Source of the DNA: Candidatus Collierbacteria bacterium
GTDB lineage: Bacteria > Patescibacteriota > Microgenomatia > UBA1400 > MFAQ01
DNA: 38,592 nt
Reading direction: 5' to 3'
Assembly (NCBI GenBank): GCA_023245265.1
Contig: JAHFKQ010000002.1
Coordinates: 1-38,592 of the forward strand
This document shows, piece by piece, positions 25,148 through 34,010 of the stretch (position 1 is the stretch's first letter; every line of letters starts with the position of its first letter). Under the pieces are notes generated by a model. The model worked only from the letters and a program-made list of their open reading frames with translations, was not told the DNA's origin and did no database searches. The translations under genes were made by a program, and so were the position numbers.

Positions 25148-25951
25148 ATGAAATTATCGATAATTATCTTAGCCCGCAATGTCGCCACCGAAATTATTCC
25201 GGCGCTAAAGACTTCGCAATTTGCCGATGAAATTATTGTGGTTGATACCGGTTCGACCGACGGTACCTTGGAAGTCTGTCGAAAATATGGCGCCAAAATT
25301 GTTCACGCCACAGGCGATAGTTTTGCCAAGTGGCGCAATGACGGAGCTAAAGTTGCCAAGGGCGACTGGCTTCTATATTTAGACTCCGATGAAAGAATTC
25401 CGGTGAAATTAGCTCGCGAAGTTCTTAGCACCCTTGAGAATCCACAACACTTGGCCTACACCATTAGCCGTTACGAAGTCTTTTTGGGGAAGCATCTGCC
25501 TCACTGGGGAGATCCCAGAGTTCTGCGTCTCATCAAACGGTCGGCTCTCAAGCGCTGGGAGGGGCGTCTGCACGAACAGCCAAAGATTGAGGGCTCTATC
25601 GGCGACCTTCGCCAACAAATGGTTCACCTTTCTCATAAAAATATTGATGAAAAATTACCCAACACACTTCTCTGGTCAAAGGCAGAAGCCAAAATGCTTT
25701 TCGATGCCGGGCATCCGCCCATGGCCGGATGGCGCTTTGTTCGCATTATGTTGACCGAATTTTGGGATCGTTGCCTTCGCCAGGGTTTGTGGCGTGATGG
25801 CACTGAGGGTTGGATAGAAATAATCTATCAAATGTTTAGCAAATTTGTCACCTACGAGCGGTTATGGGAAATGCAACGCCGGCCTTCGTTGAAGGAAACT
25901 TATGAGACTATCGATAAACAGCTGCTGGAAGAATGGAAAAATCATCCATAA
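25148..25951 (+). CDS. GT2 glycosyltransferase (WaaE/KdtX-like subgroup)
   Basis: The in-frame ATG at 25148 gives MKLSIIILARNVATEI...ADEIIVVDTGSTDGT...LYLDSDERIP. The track ORF start at 24944 would overlap the upstream gene by 203 nt and adds no GT2 sequence. Confidence 0.75.
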   Translation: MKLSIIILARNVATEIIPALKTSQFADEIIVVDTGSTDGTLEVCRKYGAKIVHATGDSFAKWRNDGAKVAKGDWLLYLDSDERIPVKLAREVLSTLENPQHLAYTISRYEVFLGKHLPHWGDPRVLRLIKRSALKRWEGRLHEQPKIEGSIGDLRQQMVHLSHKNIDEKLPNTLLWSKAEAKMLFDAGHPPMAGWRFVRIMLTEFWDRCLRQGLWRDGTEGWIEIIYQMFSKFVTYERLWEMQRRPSLKETYETIDKQLLEEWKNHP

Positions 25952-27369
25952 TATTTTCCCTTAAAAGATTCGTTCCTCTAATAATTCTTGGTTTTTTTGT
26001 TTTATTTCTTTATTCCCGCAATCTTGAACAAAACTCCCGCTTTATTTGGGATGAATCGAGGGCTCTGGTCGATATGCATCGAATCTGGGAGCAAAAACTA
26101 CTAACTTTTGTCGGCCCTATCTCCGAAAATAATTTGGAAATGTTTCCTTCTTTGAGTTACTACATGTATCTTCCGGCCACCATCCTCTCCAAATTTGATC
26201 CCCTTGGTCCAGTATATATGGCTGTTTTTTATGGTCTCTTAACTTGGCTATTTTTTACTATGGTCATTATTAATCATCTGGGAAGCGGACTAAAATCATT
26301 TTTACTATCACTTTTTACAGCCACCGCTTATCCAATGGTCCTGGTTTCCCGCTGGGCTTGGAATCCAAATTTAGTTATTTTCTGGTTTAGCCTTTACCTT
26401 CTTTCACTTGAGAGCGAATACTTATTTGTCATTTTTGTTGGCGGCTTTTCTCTGGGAGCCTCTTTATATCTTCATTACTTGGCCGCTCTTACAGTCCTAC
26501 CAGTCTTGCTGTTTTTGCCTCTTATTTATCGAAGTGATAAACTCGGACTTAAAAAAATATTTTTAACTTTGCTGGGCTTTGGGAGTGCTTTAATCCCATT
26601 CATAGTTTTTGAAGCCAAAAATCACTACTTTTTAAACTCCGGTAGCTTCCTAACGGCGAATAATAAATCTTTTATCTCTCTCTCCGGGAACGGCTATCAG
26701 GCTAGACTCTGGACAGCCATAGAGACTTTAGCTAAAATGTTTGTCCCCGGTCAACAGATATTTATTCTTCTTTTTTTATTTTTTCTGGTCGTTGTCTTCA
26801 TCGTTTATCACCAAGACAGAATTGTAAAGTACACCTTTGTTTCTCTGGTTTTTTCTCTAGGGCTGTTCGGCTTAGTTTCCCAAACCTATCCACACTATCA
26901 GTATTCACAGGTACCGTTAGTAATTCTATTTTTAACCCGTTTTTTGGCTTTAAATAAAAGTATTTCGGGTCAATTAATAATCTCTTTTTTGGTGCTTTTT
27001 AGTCTCTTTACTTCGTTAAATATGATTCAAAATTATACTTGGGAAGGAGATATTATGGCCGTTAGAAGTGTGGCCGACATCATTTCCGGTGAAACCAATT
27101 CTCAAACTAATGTGGCGGCCTTGGCCGGATCCGACACTAACACCGCCGGTCAGCGTTATCGGGATATGGTTTTAATTAAAGGCAAAACACTTGATCGTTC
27201 CGATTCTTATCCTCAAAGTCGGGTATTGTATGTCGTTTCTCAGAGCGCCGATCCGGAGCAAATCAGGCAAGATCCGGCTTGGGAGATAGATTCTTTCAGA
27301 GGCAGTATAATAACCGGTATCTGGCAAGTTAGTTCGTATCCCGTTTATCTATATCGTTTCGCTAAATAA
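25933..27369 (+). CDS. GT-C polytopic membrane glycosyltransferase, paralog family A member 2
   Basis: First loop FIWDESRALVDMHRIWEQKLLTFVGP...SYYMY and second motif SRWAWNPN. About 11 TM plus a C-terminal soluble domain. 19-nt overlap with the upstream GT2. Confidence 0.6.
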   Translation: MEKSSIIFSLKRFVPLIILGFFVLFLYSRNLEQNSRFIWDESRALVDMHRIWEQKLLTFVGPISENNLEMFPSLSYYMYLPATILSKFDPLGPVYMAVFYGLLTWLFFTMVIINHLGSGLKSFLLSLFTATAYPMVLVSRWAWNPNLVIFWFSLYLLSLESEYLFVIFVGGFSLGASLYLHYLAALTVLPVLLFLPLIYRSDKLGLKKIFLTLLGFGSALIPFIVFEAKNHYFLNSGSFLTANNKSFISLSGNGYQARLWTAIETLAKMFVPGQQIFILLFLFFLVVVFIVYHQDRIVKYTFVSLVFSLGLFGLVSQTYPHYQYSQVPLVILFLTRFLALNKSISGQLIISFLVLFSLFTSLNMIQNYTWEGDIMAVRSVADIISGETNSQTNVAALAGSDTNTAGQRYRDMVLIKGKTLDRSDSYPQSRVLYVVSQSADPEQIRQDPAWEIDSFRGSIITGIWQVSSYPVYLYRFAK

Positions 27370-28437
27370 ATGAAAAAAGCTTTAATATTCGATCCATATC
27401 TAGACACTTTGGGGGGAGGGGAGAGATACATTTTCTCTTTTGCTCTAGGATTAATCAAGAATGGTTACTCGGTGGTGCTCGCCTGGCCAACCAGAAAAGA
27501 GTTAGATGCGGCCGAACTGCGTTTTGGCATGGATCTTTCCCAAGTAGCCATCGATGCTACTGCTCACGCCCTCTGTAGTCAAAAAACGGCTTACACGGAA
27601 CGACTTTCCTTCACTAAAGAATACGATTTGATCTTTTGGGTTAGTGACGGCAGTTTACCTTTCTTATTTTCCAAGAACAACCTGATTCATCTTCAGGTCC
27701 CCTTCAAAAAAATGGGCGGAAACTCTACCATTACCAGCCTCAAATCAGTCTTTATCAAAAAGTTTGTCTACAACTCGGACTTTACCCGGACTGTTTTAGA
27801 GAAACATCTGCAAAAGGACAAAGGCTTTGTTCTTTACCCCCCGATCGACACCGAAAGCTTTAAACCGGGCCAGAAAGAGAACCTTATTCTTTCCGTGGCC
27901 CGTTTCGATTCGCCTTCCCACAGCAAACGCCAAGATGTTTTAATAGAGGCTTTTAGAAAATTATCCGAAAAAGTCAGCGGTTACAAACTAATATTGGCCG
28001 GCGGACTAATGGGGGAGGAAGTGGTCCTTCAAAAACTTAAAACGGCCGCCGCCGGCCTAAACATCGAGTTTGTCTTGAATCCTGATTTTGGTAAATTAAA
28101 AGAACTTTATGCTCACGCCAAGTTTTTTTGGCACGCCGCCGGGTACGAGATCAATGAACAAACGGATCCCGAGAAAGTGGAACACTTTGGTATGGCTACT
28201 GTCGAAGCCATGGCCTCGGGAGCTGTCCCTCTGGTTATCGCCAAGGGAGGCCAAAAAGAAATTATCACTCATGGAAACGGATACTTATGTCAAGATGCGG
28301 CGGAAATTGCGGCCAAAACCTTCGAGCTGATCAACGATGCTGAAACTCTCAATGAAATGTCTAAGCTGGCTGTCAAAAGATCTCGGGACTTCTCTATCTC
28401 CGAGTTCGAAAAAAAACTTGTTTCACTTCTCCAATAA
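27370..28437 (+). CDS. GT4 (GT-B fold, Glycos_transf_1) glycosyltransferase with an ALG11-like N-terminal motif
   Basis: C-terminal EHFGMATVEAMASGAVPLV (E-x7-E motif). N-terminal FDPYLDTLGGGERYIF resembles the HPY...GGGGER motif of ALG11-type mannosyltransferases. Confidence 0.8.
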   Translation: MKKALIFDPYLDTLGGGERYIFSFALGLIKNGYSVVLAWPTRKELDAAELRFGMDLSQVAIDATAHALCSQKTAYTERLSFTKEYDLIFWVSDGSLPFLFSKNNLIHLQVPFKKMGGNSTITSLKSVFIKKFVYNSDFTRTVLEKHLQKDKGFVLYPPIDTESFKPGQKENLILSVARFDSPSHSKRQDVLIEAFRKLSEKVSGYKLILAGGLMGEEVVLQKLKTAAAGLNIEFVLNPDFGKLKELYAHAKFFWHAAGYEINEQTDPEKVEHFGMATVEAMASGAVPLVIAKGGQKEIITHGNGYLCQDAAEIAAKTFELINDAETLNEMSKLAVKRSRDFSISEFEKKLVSLLQ

Positions 28438-28439
28438 AT

Positions 28440-28448
28440 TGCTAAAAT
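28440..28448 (+). promoter_or_regulatory. Extended -10 box TGcTAAAAT, 6 nt upstream of GTG 28455
   Basis: Read directly in the 17-nt spacer. Confidence 0.35.
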
Positions 28449-28454
28449 TATCTG

Positions 28455-30047
28455 GTGATTAAATCCAAAGAATCCGGTCACTTCTCTTTTTACCTTGTGG
28501 CCTTGGTTTTCGTCATTAGTACCGTCATCAAGCTTTTATATATTTCAGGCAATAATTTTGCCTTCACTCCCGATCAGGGGCGTGACTTGATCGATATCCG
28601 GCAAATGGTGGTTACCCACACTCCCAGGTTGGTCGGACCCACTACCAGTGTTAACGGCGTTTTGCTTGGGCCTTTTTACTACTACTTTATCGCTATCCCC
28701 TTTATTCTTTTTGGCGGCAGTCCTGCCGCCATAGTCATCTGGCAGATCGCTTGGTTTCAAATGGCGGCCCTATTTATCTGGTACATCCTAAGGAAAAAGA
28801 ACCTCATTCTGGCAAACCTTACCGCCATCCTCCTATTATTTTCACCGGTTGGCTTTTATACCGGCCGTTATTTTTGGAACGCCAATGTCATGCCCATTTT
28901 TACTGTCATCTTCTTTGCCTGTTTACTGGACACACTTTGGTATCGGGACAATTTTCGGCTTATTTTTTTAGGTTTGGTGGCCGGGATCTCTCTGCAAATA
29001 GAAGCGGCCTTTGGCATTTTGTTTTTTCCTTTTGCGTTTCTTATTTTGCTTCTAAATAAGTTTTCCCCGAAAGATCTTCTCAAGTTAAGTCTCGCTTTTG
29101 GAGTTACGCTTCTGCCGCAAGCTCTATTCGAGTTTCGCCATGGTTTTTTGATGACCAAAACTCTGATCGCCGGTTTGTCCGGTAGTTCGGCGGATCTGGG
29201 GGAAAAATTGCCCTTGGCTGTTAGACTCACTGAACGGTACCGGACTTTTCAAACCGCTTTTCTGCAAAGTAATCATATCGGATTTGGCTACTTAGGGCCT
29301 ATTTTTTTGGCCGGCTTTGGGTATATGCTTTATAGTCTGGTCAAATCTCGAAAAGCTAGACCGGAGAATCTGGTGAACTATTTATCCGGGGGTTTTATGA
29401 TTTTGGCTTTCGTTTTTTACCTGTCTTTTCCTCAACATTTGAAACATTGGTACACCTTCGGACTTTCTGTTTCGGGGTTACTTTTTCTGGCTTCATCCTT
29501 TGCCGGACTTTACCAAGAAGGACGGGTCGGTCGGTTATTAACCTGGACTTTTATTTCGGCTACGCTTTACTTTACTCTTTTGGCTCATTTTTCTTACTTA
29601 GGTGAGTATTTAATTACCAAATCGTCTGATCCCAGTAATCTGGCCAATCAGTTGATTGCCATTGATCGAGTGTATCAAGAGGCCGATGGCCGGGCTTTCA
29701 GAGTCTACAATTATGTTCCATCGGTGTATGACTATACTTATCAATATCTTTTTTGGTGGTATGGTACTAAAAAATATGGTTATCAACCCGATGAGATTTT
29801 TTATCTTCCCGGTCAGCCGGAGTATCTTGCCAACAATCAGGTCTTCTGGTCCAAGAAAAAACTCTTTACCAAGAAGGATTTTACCTTTCTAATAGTTCAA
29901 GAAGATGGGGAACACCAAGATCGCGTCTTTGCCTGGGAAGGGAACTTTACCAAACTTTGTCCGGTCCGATCATTTACTATCTCTCCCGGCCTAACGGTCT
30001 CTAAGCTTGAGACTTGCTCCAAAAATACCACCCGAGCCAAGCCATAA
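28455..30047 (+). CDS. GT-C polytopic membrane glycosyltransferase, paralog family A member 3
   Basis: GTG start. First loop FTPDQGRDLIDIRQMVVTHTPRLVGPTTSVNGVLLGPFYYY and second motif RYFWNANV. About 12 TM plus a C-terminal soluble domain. Confidence 0.6.
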   Translation: MIKSKESGHFSFYLVALVFVISTVIKLLYISGNNFAFTPDQGRDLIDIRQMVVTHTPRLVGPTTSVNGVLLGPFYYYFIAIPFILFGGSPAAIVIWQIAWFQMAALFIWYILRKKNLILANLTAILLLFSPVGFYTGRYFWNANVMPIFTVIFFACLLDTLWYRDNFRLIFLGLVAGISLQIEAAFGILFFPFAFLILLLNKFSPKDLLKLSLAFGVTLLPQALFEFRHGFLMTKTLIAGLSGSSADLGEKLPLAVRLTERYRTFQTAFLQSNHIGFGYLGPIFLAGFGYMLYSLVKSRKARPENLVNYLSGGFMILAFVFYLSFPQHLKHWYTFGLSVSGLLFLASSFAGLYQEGRVGRLLTWTFISATLYFTLLAHFSYLGEYLITKSSDPSNLANQLIAIDRVYQEADGRAFRVYNYVPSVYDYTYQYLFWWYGTKKYGYQPDEIFYLPGQPEYLANNQVFWSKKKLFTKKDFTFLIVQEDGEHQDRVFAWEGNFTKLCPVRSFTISPGLTVSKLETCSKNTTRAKP

Positions 30048-32259
30048 TACTGGCCAGACTTATTCCTAAACCGACGAAGAAAGATCCTGGTTTATATTCA
30101 AAAACTACTCGTCCTTCTTTAAGCCCTTTAATGCTTACGGTTCTAAAAGGTATAACCTCTTTGGTAATTTTTTCCGGAACTTGATTTATGGTTGCTGTCC
30201 AGCCGGGGAAATAAGTGTCGGTCAGCAGTAAACGGTCACCATCCAGGTTCTTAAAATTGATGACTATTTTATTGTTACCGTAACTTTCGATTTGAGCCGA
30301 TCCCGAAGCAGGGCTACCATCAGCCTTGAGCAATCTGGCTCTTTCCTGATATCGCTTATTCTGCAATACGGCCACTTCTTTAGTCTCTAAAACTTTTTGC
30401 CAGTCTTTGAGATCGATGTTGTGATTATAAAAATTACCCCCCAGTTTTCCTTCTCGGTCTCGTTTAATGGCCAGGAGGTACTTCACATTGTAAAATCCCA
30501 AAGCTTGAGCATCATAGGTATTGATTTCGCTAAATCTGGTCACTCCCGGATGTTCAACCTTGTTCAGGTCACGGCTAAAAGCTTTCACATACTCCGAAAT
30601 TGCCATCGGGTCATATCCGGAAGGGCTCATTAGTTGGTACGCCGTCCAGGTATTTTGAGGTAGAATCTCGCCTAACTCCTTTTCGATTCTAAAAACACTG
30701 TGATCTTTTTTAAGGAAGGTCAGTACTTCCGTTTCCGGGTAAATATATGACTTGGGTACAAAAGGAATATACTTCCAACCAAATCTAAATAAGTCGGCTA
30801 GTAAAACCATCAAAACCAGCCATTTCCAGATTCTATTTTTCCCGGCCCAAAGCATCGTTCCCAACAAAAAGAAAGTCAGCAGTGTGGGCACCGCTAAATT
30901 TCGTAGAGCCACCTTCAAATTGCCTTCCATTAGCAATAATTCCGGATTTTGTAGTTGACCGATGTACAGCTTTAAGGAAGAATATGTAATCGCCGCTACC
31001 ATGGCGATCATCATTAAGGCAGGTAAAAAAACCTTGAGTTTCTTTCTAAAGGTCAAAGAAGGCCAGAGATCCATCATCTCGGCCACTATTACCGAGACAC
31101 TAAGTAATGTGACCATGTTGATCCTTCCCGCTACCGAGGTCCATAAAAAGGGGAATTTATAAAGATAAATGGCCCGACCGATAGGATTATCAAACTGCAT
31201 TAGTAGAGCGATCACGGCCAAGATGGAAAAAAACTTTGCCTGTTGGAGTTTTTTAAAATTAAAGAGACTAAAGGTTAAACCTAAAAATCCTAGGATACTG
31301 AGATAAGTCATTGTTTCGTGATAATCAAAAAATCCCCAAAAATTTCCGGTTGAGGGATTTCCAAAAAAGTCTGGTGCAATTAAGGTAATGATATTTCCGG
31401 CAGGCAATAGGCCATAGTTAATTGCTTTCGAAAAATCATCAACAAATCGGATGGAAGAGTTCATCAGCTCGATTGTCGGCAGGAGTTGGATTGCACTCAT
31501 ACCGATAGCCAGGAGTCCGGCCAGACAGAAGGTGACGATGAAAGTCCGATTTTTGAGGCCAAGTCGATAGATAAAATAACCAAGGCTGATGATCACGGTG
31601 TAAATCAACGCTTGCAGATGGCCGGCTAAAACCATTAATAAAAATAAGGGAGAGAGTAGCAATAGCCATTTAGAATCTTGCCTGAGTGAGGTTTTTTCGA
31701 TGACTGCCAGTATCAAAGGAATCCAGATCATCGCGGTACCCACATTCACAAACTGAGACCAAAGAATGGAAAAACCTCCAAAAGCATATATTATGGCGGC
31801 AATCACGGCCGACATTTTCTCTCTCTTACATAATCTTAGATAGAAATACATAGCCAAAGCCGAGCCTATCGATTGAGCGACCACGAATAAAGACCAACCA
31901 TTAATTGAGCCAAAGATCACCAATAATATATTTAATGGATTAAGAGCTCCGGAATTGAAATTGGCGAGCAGTGGATAGCCGGAGTAAGAATAAGGGTTCC
32001 AAAGCGGCCATTGACCTTGGAGGTAATTCCTGGCAATCTCGTTTTTCCACAAAAAGAACTGCGAAAAAATATCTGAAATTAAGGTATTTTTTATCGCCAC
32101 TCCGACGACATTCCCCCACTTATACTCGAGCCAAGGTAGATAGGCCCCGATCAAAAGGTCGCCCGGGAAGGGCACATCGCCTCTAAATAGGCGCCAATAA
32201 TAGACTCCTGTTATAGTCAGGATTAAAACAATTGGCCAGTATTTTAGAAATTTCTTCAT
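30001..32259 (-). CDS. YfhO-family GT-C membrane glycosyltransferase
   Basis: About 750 aa. N-terminus MKKFLKYWPIVLILT..FRGDVPFPGDLLIGAYLPW. Many TM, then a large C-terminal extracytoplasmic domain and a final TM (GLGISLASIMAWLGWYFW), which is the YfhO architecture. ATG 32259 is preferred over TTG 32265, but the start is uncertain. Confidence 0.65.
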   Translation of the reverse strand: MKKFLKYWPIVLILTITGVYYWRLFRGDVPFPGDLLIGAYLPWLEYKWGNVVGVAIKNTLISDIFSQFFLWKNEIARNYLQGQWPLWNPYSYSGYPLLANFNSGALNPLNILLVIFGSINGWSLFVVAQSIGSALAMYFYLRLCKREKMSAVIAAIIYAFGGFSILWSQFVNVGTAMIWIPLILAVIEKTSLRQDSKWLLLLSPLFLLMVLAGHLQALIYTVIISLGYFIYRLGLKNRTFIVTFCLAGLLAIGMSAIQLLPTIELMNSSIRFVDDFSKAINYGLLPAGNIITLIAPDFFGNPSTGNFWGFFDYHETMTYLSILGFLGLTFSLFNFKKLQQAKFFSILAVIALLMQFDNPIGRAIYLYKFPFLWTSVAGRINMVTLLSVSVIVAEMMDLWPSLTFRKKLKVFLPALMMIAMVAAITYSSLKLYIGQLQNPELLLMEGNLKVALRNLAVPTLLTFFLLGTMLWAGKNRIWKWLVLMVLLADLFRFGWKYIPFVPKSYIYPETEVLTFLKKDHSVFRIEKELGEILPQNTWTAYQLMSPSGYDPMAISEYVKAFSRDLNKVEHPGVTRFSEINTYDAQALGFYNVKYLLAIKRDREGKLGGNFYNHNIDLKDWQKVLETKEVAVLQNKRYQERARLLKADGSPASGSAQIESYGNNKIVINFKNLDGDRLLLTDTYFPGWTATINQVPEKITKEVIPFRTVSIKGLKEGRVVFEYKPGSFFVGLGISLASIMAWLGWYFWSKSQA

Positions 32260-32292
32260 TCTCAAGACTCATTCTAACATTACCCATTGTCT

Positions 32293-32301
32293 TGATATAC
32301 T
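32293..32301 (+). promoter_or_regulatory. Extended -10 box TGaTATACT, 6 nt upstream of ATG 32308
   Basis: Read directly in the 48-nt divergent spacer. A TAGAAT on the minus strand (plus coordinates 32271-32276) may serve the YfhO gene. Confidence 0.45.
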
Positions 32302-32307
32302 AAAGCT

Positions 32308-33189
32308 ATGGGCAACAAGCCTCAAATCGATGTCATTATTCCCTCTTTTAACGCGCAATACCTGTTGGAAAAAAACCTGCCTTCTCTTGTCAAAAATACC
32401 GATAACTTGGGAAAGTTGATTATTATCGATAATGGGAGTGAAGATGACACTGTATCTTGGTTAAATCAAAAATATCCGGAAACAATCATCGTTAGTAACA
32501 AAACCAATCTTGGTTATACCAAGCCGGTCAATCAAGGGATAGCCTTCTCGGATTCTGAATTTTTTGTTCTGATGAACAATGATGTTCGTCCTCATGCGGG
32601 CTATATCACGGCGGCTCTTCCTTATTTTTCGGATCCGGAAGTTTTTGCGGTCACTTTTAATGAAGAGGGAACTTCTTGGCCCGACATGTCTTGGTCGGCC
32701 GGAAAGATGCAGTTTTCGGAAGGCAAAAACAAAACAAATCCGGTTCTTTCTGCTTGGGCCTCCGGGGGTAGTGCTATTTTTAGGCGAAGTATCTGGGACA
32801 AACTAGGGGGTTTGGATGAAATTTATGCTCCCTTTTATTGGGAAGATATCGATATCGGCTATCGGGCCTGGAAAAGTGGCTATAAAATAATCTGGGAACC
32901 AAAAGCCACGGTTTTACACGATCATGAATCGACCTCTAAAAAGTTAAATCCCCAATATATTTCTCTCATCAAGCAAAGGAACGAACTTTTATTTAATTGG
33001 CTTAATGTCACCGATATCGGCTATCGTACCGGTCATCTCCTTTTTCTGGCGAAGCATACTCTGGCTCACCCCGGATATCTTAAAGTCGTCTTGTCTGCTC
33101 TCTGGCGATATCTTACTCATCCTCACCAAAAGAGAAATTTTTTAATTTCCGATCGTAATGTTTTATCTCATATCTCCCAATCTATATGA
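32308..33189 (+). CDS. GT2 glycosyltransferase, WbbL/RfbF-like (candidate rhamnosyltransferase)
   Basis: IDVIIPSFNAQ, IIIDNGSEDDT, NLGYTKPVNQG, LMNNDV, YWEDIDIGYRAWKSGYKI. Confidence 0.75.
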   Translation: MGNKPQIDVIIPSFNAQYLLEKNLPSLVKNTDNLGKLIIIDNGSEDDTVSWLNQKYPETIIVSNKTNLGYTKPVNQGIAFSDSEFFVLMNNDVRPHAGYITAALPYFSDPEVFAVTFNEEGTSWPDMSWSAGKMQFSEGKNKTNPVLSAWASGGSAIFRRSIWDKLGGLDEIYAPFYWEDIDIGYRAWKSGYKIIWEPKATVLHDHESTSKKLNPQYISLIKQRNELLFNWLNVTDIGYRTGHLLFLAKHTLAHPGYLKVVLSALWRYLTHPHQKRNFLISDRNVLSHISQSI

Positions 33190-34010
33190 AGCCCGAACTA
33201 TCCATCATCACTGTGGGTTACAAATCCGAAAAAACCATCGGACCATTTTTAGATTCTATTCAGAAAAACCGTGATGGCATTATCAAAGAAATCATTGTCG
33301 TCGATAACTACCCGGGCGATCGGGGAGCTCAAATTGCCGAAAAACACCCGCTTAAGCCTAGGGTAATTCGAAATACCGAAAATGTCGGCTTTTCAATCGC
33401 TATTAACCAAGGTATCAAGGTTGCTCGCGGCGAGTACATTTTAATTATCAACCCGGATACCAGACTTATTGGTTCTGCTCTCAAACACCTTCTAAGTTTC
33501 GCCAAAAAAACTCCCAAGCTGGGAGCCGTGGCTCCGAGACTTCTCAATAACGATGGTCAAATTCAACCTTCCTGTTTTAAGTTTCCCACTGTCTGGAACG
33601 CTTTCAAGTATTATTTCTTGGGTTGTCAGAATTGTTTTAATAAATATAATCCCGGTGACAAGGTCACTCAAGTAGATGTTGCGGTGATGGCCGCTTTTCT
33701 CGTTCCCAAATCAACTCTGGATTATGTCGGGGGGTTGGATGAAACATATTTTCTTTACTATGAAGATGTTGAGTTTTGCCGTCGACTTCATCGTTTTGGA
33801 TTGCCCGTTTACTACTTACCTCAAGCTAAAGTTCAGCACGCTCATGGAGTCAGTGGCAACTTTGTCAGTCACCTCAAGAGTCCTTTGGCTAAATCGGCGC
33901 AAATTTATCACGGTGTTGTCGGCTCGGCGATTCTCAACTCGGTTCTTTGGGCAGGTCAAAAATGGCAAAAGTTAGGTAAAATCCTTCGCCATTTGCTACC
34001 CCAAAATTAA
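33186..34010 (+). CDS. GT2 glycosyltransferase, WbbL/RfbF-like (candidate rhamnosyltransferase)
   Basis: ATGA overlap with the upstream gene. LSIITVGYKSEKT, VVDNYPGD, NVGFSIAINQG, IINPDT, YYEDVEFCRRLHRFGLPV. Confidence 0.75.
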   Translation: MKPELSIITVGYKSEKTIGPFLDSIQKNRDGIIKEIIVVDNYPGDRGAQIAEKHPLKPRVIRNTENVGFSIAINQGIKVARGEYILIINPDTRLIGSALKHLLSFAKKTPKLGAVAPRLLNNDGQIQPSCFKFPTVWNAFKYYFLGCQNCFNKYNPGDKVTQVDVAVMAAFLVPKSTLDYVGGLDETYFLYYEDVEFCRRLHRFGLPVYYLPQAKVQHAHGVSGNFVSHLKSPLAKSAQIYHGVVGSAILNSVLWAGQKWQKLGKILRHLLPQN

